Assembly (NCBI RefSeq): GCF_006345805.1
Contig: NC_042997.1
Span: 109,678,001-109,742,000, forward strand
DNA length: 64,000 nt
Reading direction: 5' to 3'
Source of the DNA: Octopus sinensis
Lineage: Eukaryota
Below, piece after piece: positions 63,117 to 64,000 of this stretch. The translations under genes were made by a program, and so were the position numbers. Position 1 is the stretch's first letter; the number at the start of each line of letters is the position of its first letter. Below the pieces are notes generated by a model. That model had not been told where the DNA came from. It did no database searches and saw only the letters and a list, made by a program, of their open reading frames with translations.

Positions 63117-63672
63117 ATATTGTAAATTCTTGCTTTTATCTTTCGATTATTTAGAAAGGCATTAACAAAACATCTAGCGTCTTAGTGTTGAAATCATTTG
63201 ATACAACCAGTTTCAAATTGTACGCCAGTCAAAACAAATGTTTGGAAAGACGAAACGTCGTTTGATGACGATTTGTCCCGCTCTACTCCTTTAAAACGCT
63301 ATTTATTGCACATGCTTTCACGCTCCCTTTCTGTAATACCCCTACTACTACTACTACTACTAACTCCCTTTCAACCCCCCTCCTCTCTCATTTTTTAATG
63401 TTATTTTCTAAATCCTCCTTTTTCTCTTTTCTTTTTTAATTCACACCTCTTCACATCTCTGTCTCTCTTTTTTTCTCTACTTTTCTGCATTTCCATTTGT
63501 ATTCCCCGAACTCTTGTCCATATTTCCTCTGTTTCAACCATCTTATTAATCCCCGTGTCGTGTTTGTGCGGGTGTATATATTCTATGTGATCTTGTGTAC
63601 TTGTATGTGTAAACGTATATGTTATACATTCATTTATGTGTGTGTGTGTGTGTATACGTATGTGTATATATA

Positions 63673-63718
<46 letters not shown>

Positions 63719-64000
63719 ATATGTGTGTGTATATATATACATGTATGTATATATGTATGTATGTATGTGTATGTCGTTCTAGCGTTTTCATCTCATTCCA
63801 TATTTCCTGATCGATATTGCTATAATCCATAATACGACCTAAATGGAATCAGATGTATTCCCAGACATAGTTTTTTTCAATTTCTATCGCTTAGTCACAA
63901 GAGGAACGGCAACAGGCCTTGACCTTTTGCAGGACCTCTCAGAATAGCGCGTCGAAAGGGGTCTGAGGAAAATCTATGACTCATGGCTTAGCCCCAAACC

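Overview
AT-rich eukaryotic genomic DNA, dense in microsatellites and transposable elements. The repeat families point to an octopus/coleoid cephalopod genome (inference from recalled repeat families, not a database match). No full-length protein-coding gene is recognisable. Almost every ORF in the supplied track is a translation of (TA)n, (CA)n, (CATA)n, (CT)n or (CAN)n tracts, or of TE debris, so the window reads as intergenic sequence or the long introns of one gene. Supported content: about 13 copies of a tRNA-headed SINE with a CORE-like motif and an internal microsatellite (family A); about 12 copies of a second, modular tRNA-headed SINE (family B); 3' fragments of Tx1, R4/Dong-like, CR1 and RTE LINEs; several Penelope-like (PLE) remnants; a fold-back Mariner derivative; two hAT MITEs; an intact non-autonomous Helitron; a ~1.2-kb tandem duplication that may be an assembly artefact; and a 120-N gap. 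The most interesting signals are (1) a short element ending in (TA)n that carries a minimal hammerhead-ribozyme fold with the same A6U core change in all three copies, (2) a 3' tail shared between SINE-B and a Tx1 LINE, (3) a CpG-rich fold-back at ~60.0-60.2 kb with two mutually exclusive pairings, and (4) three phase-compatible small exon candidates on the minus strand. All alignments and coordinates were made by eye, so TE boundaries are approximate.
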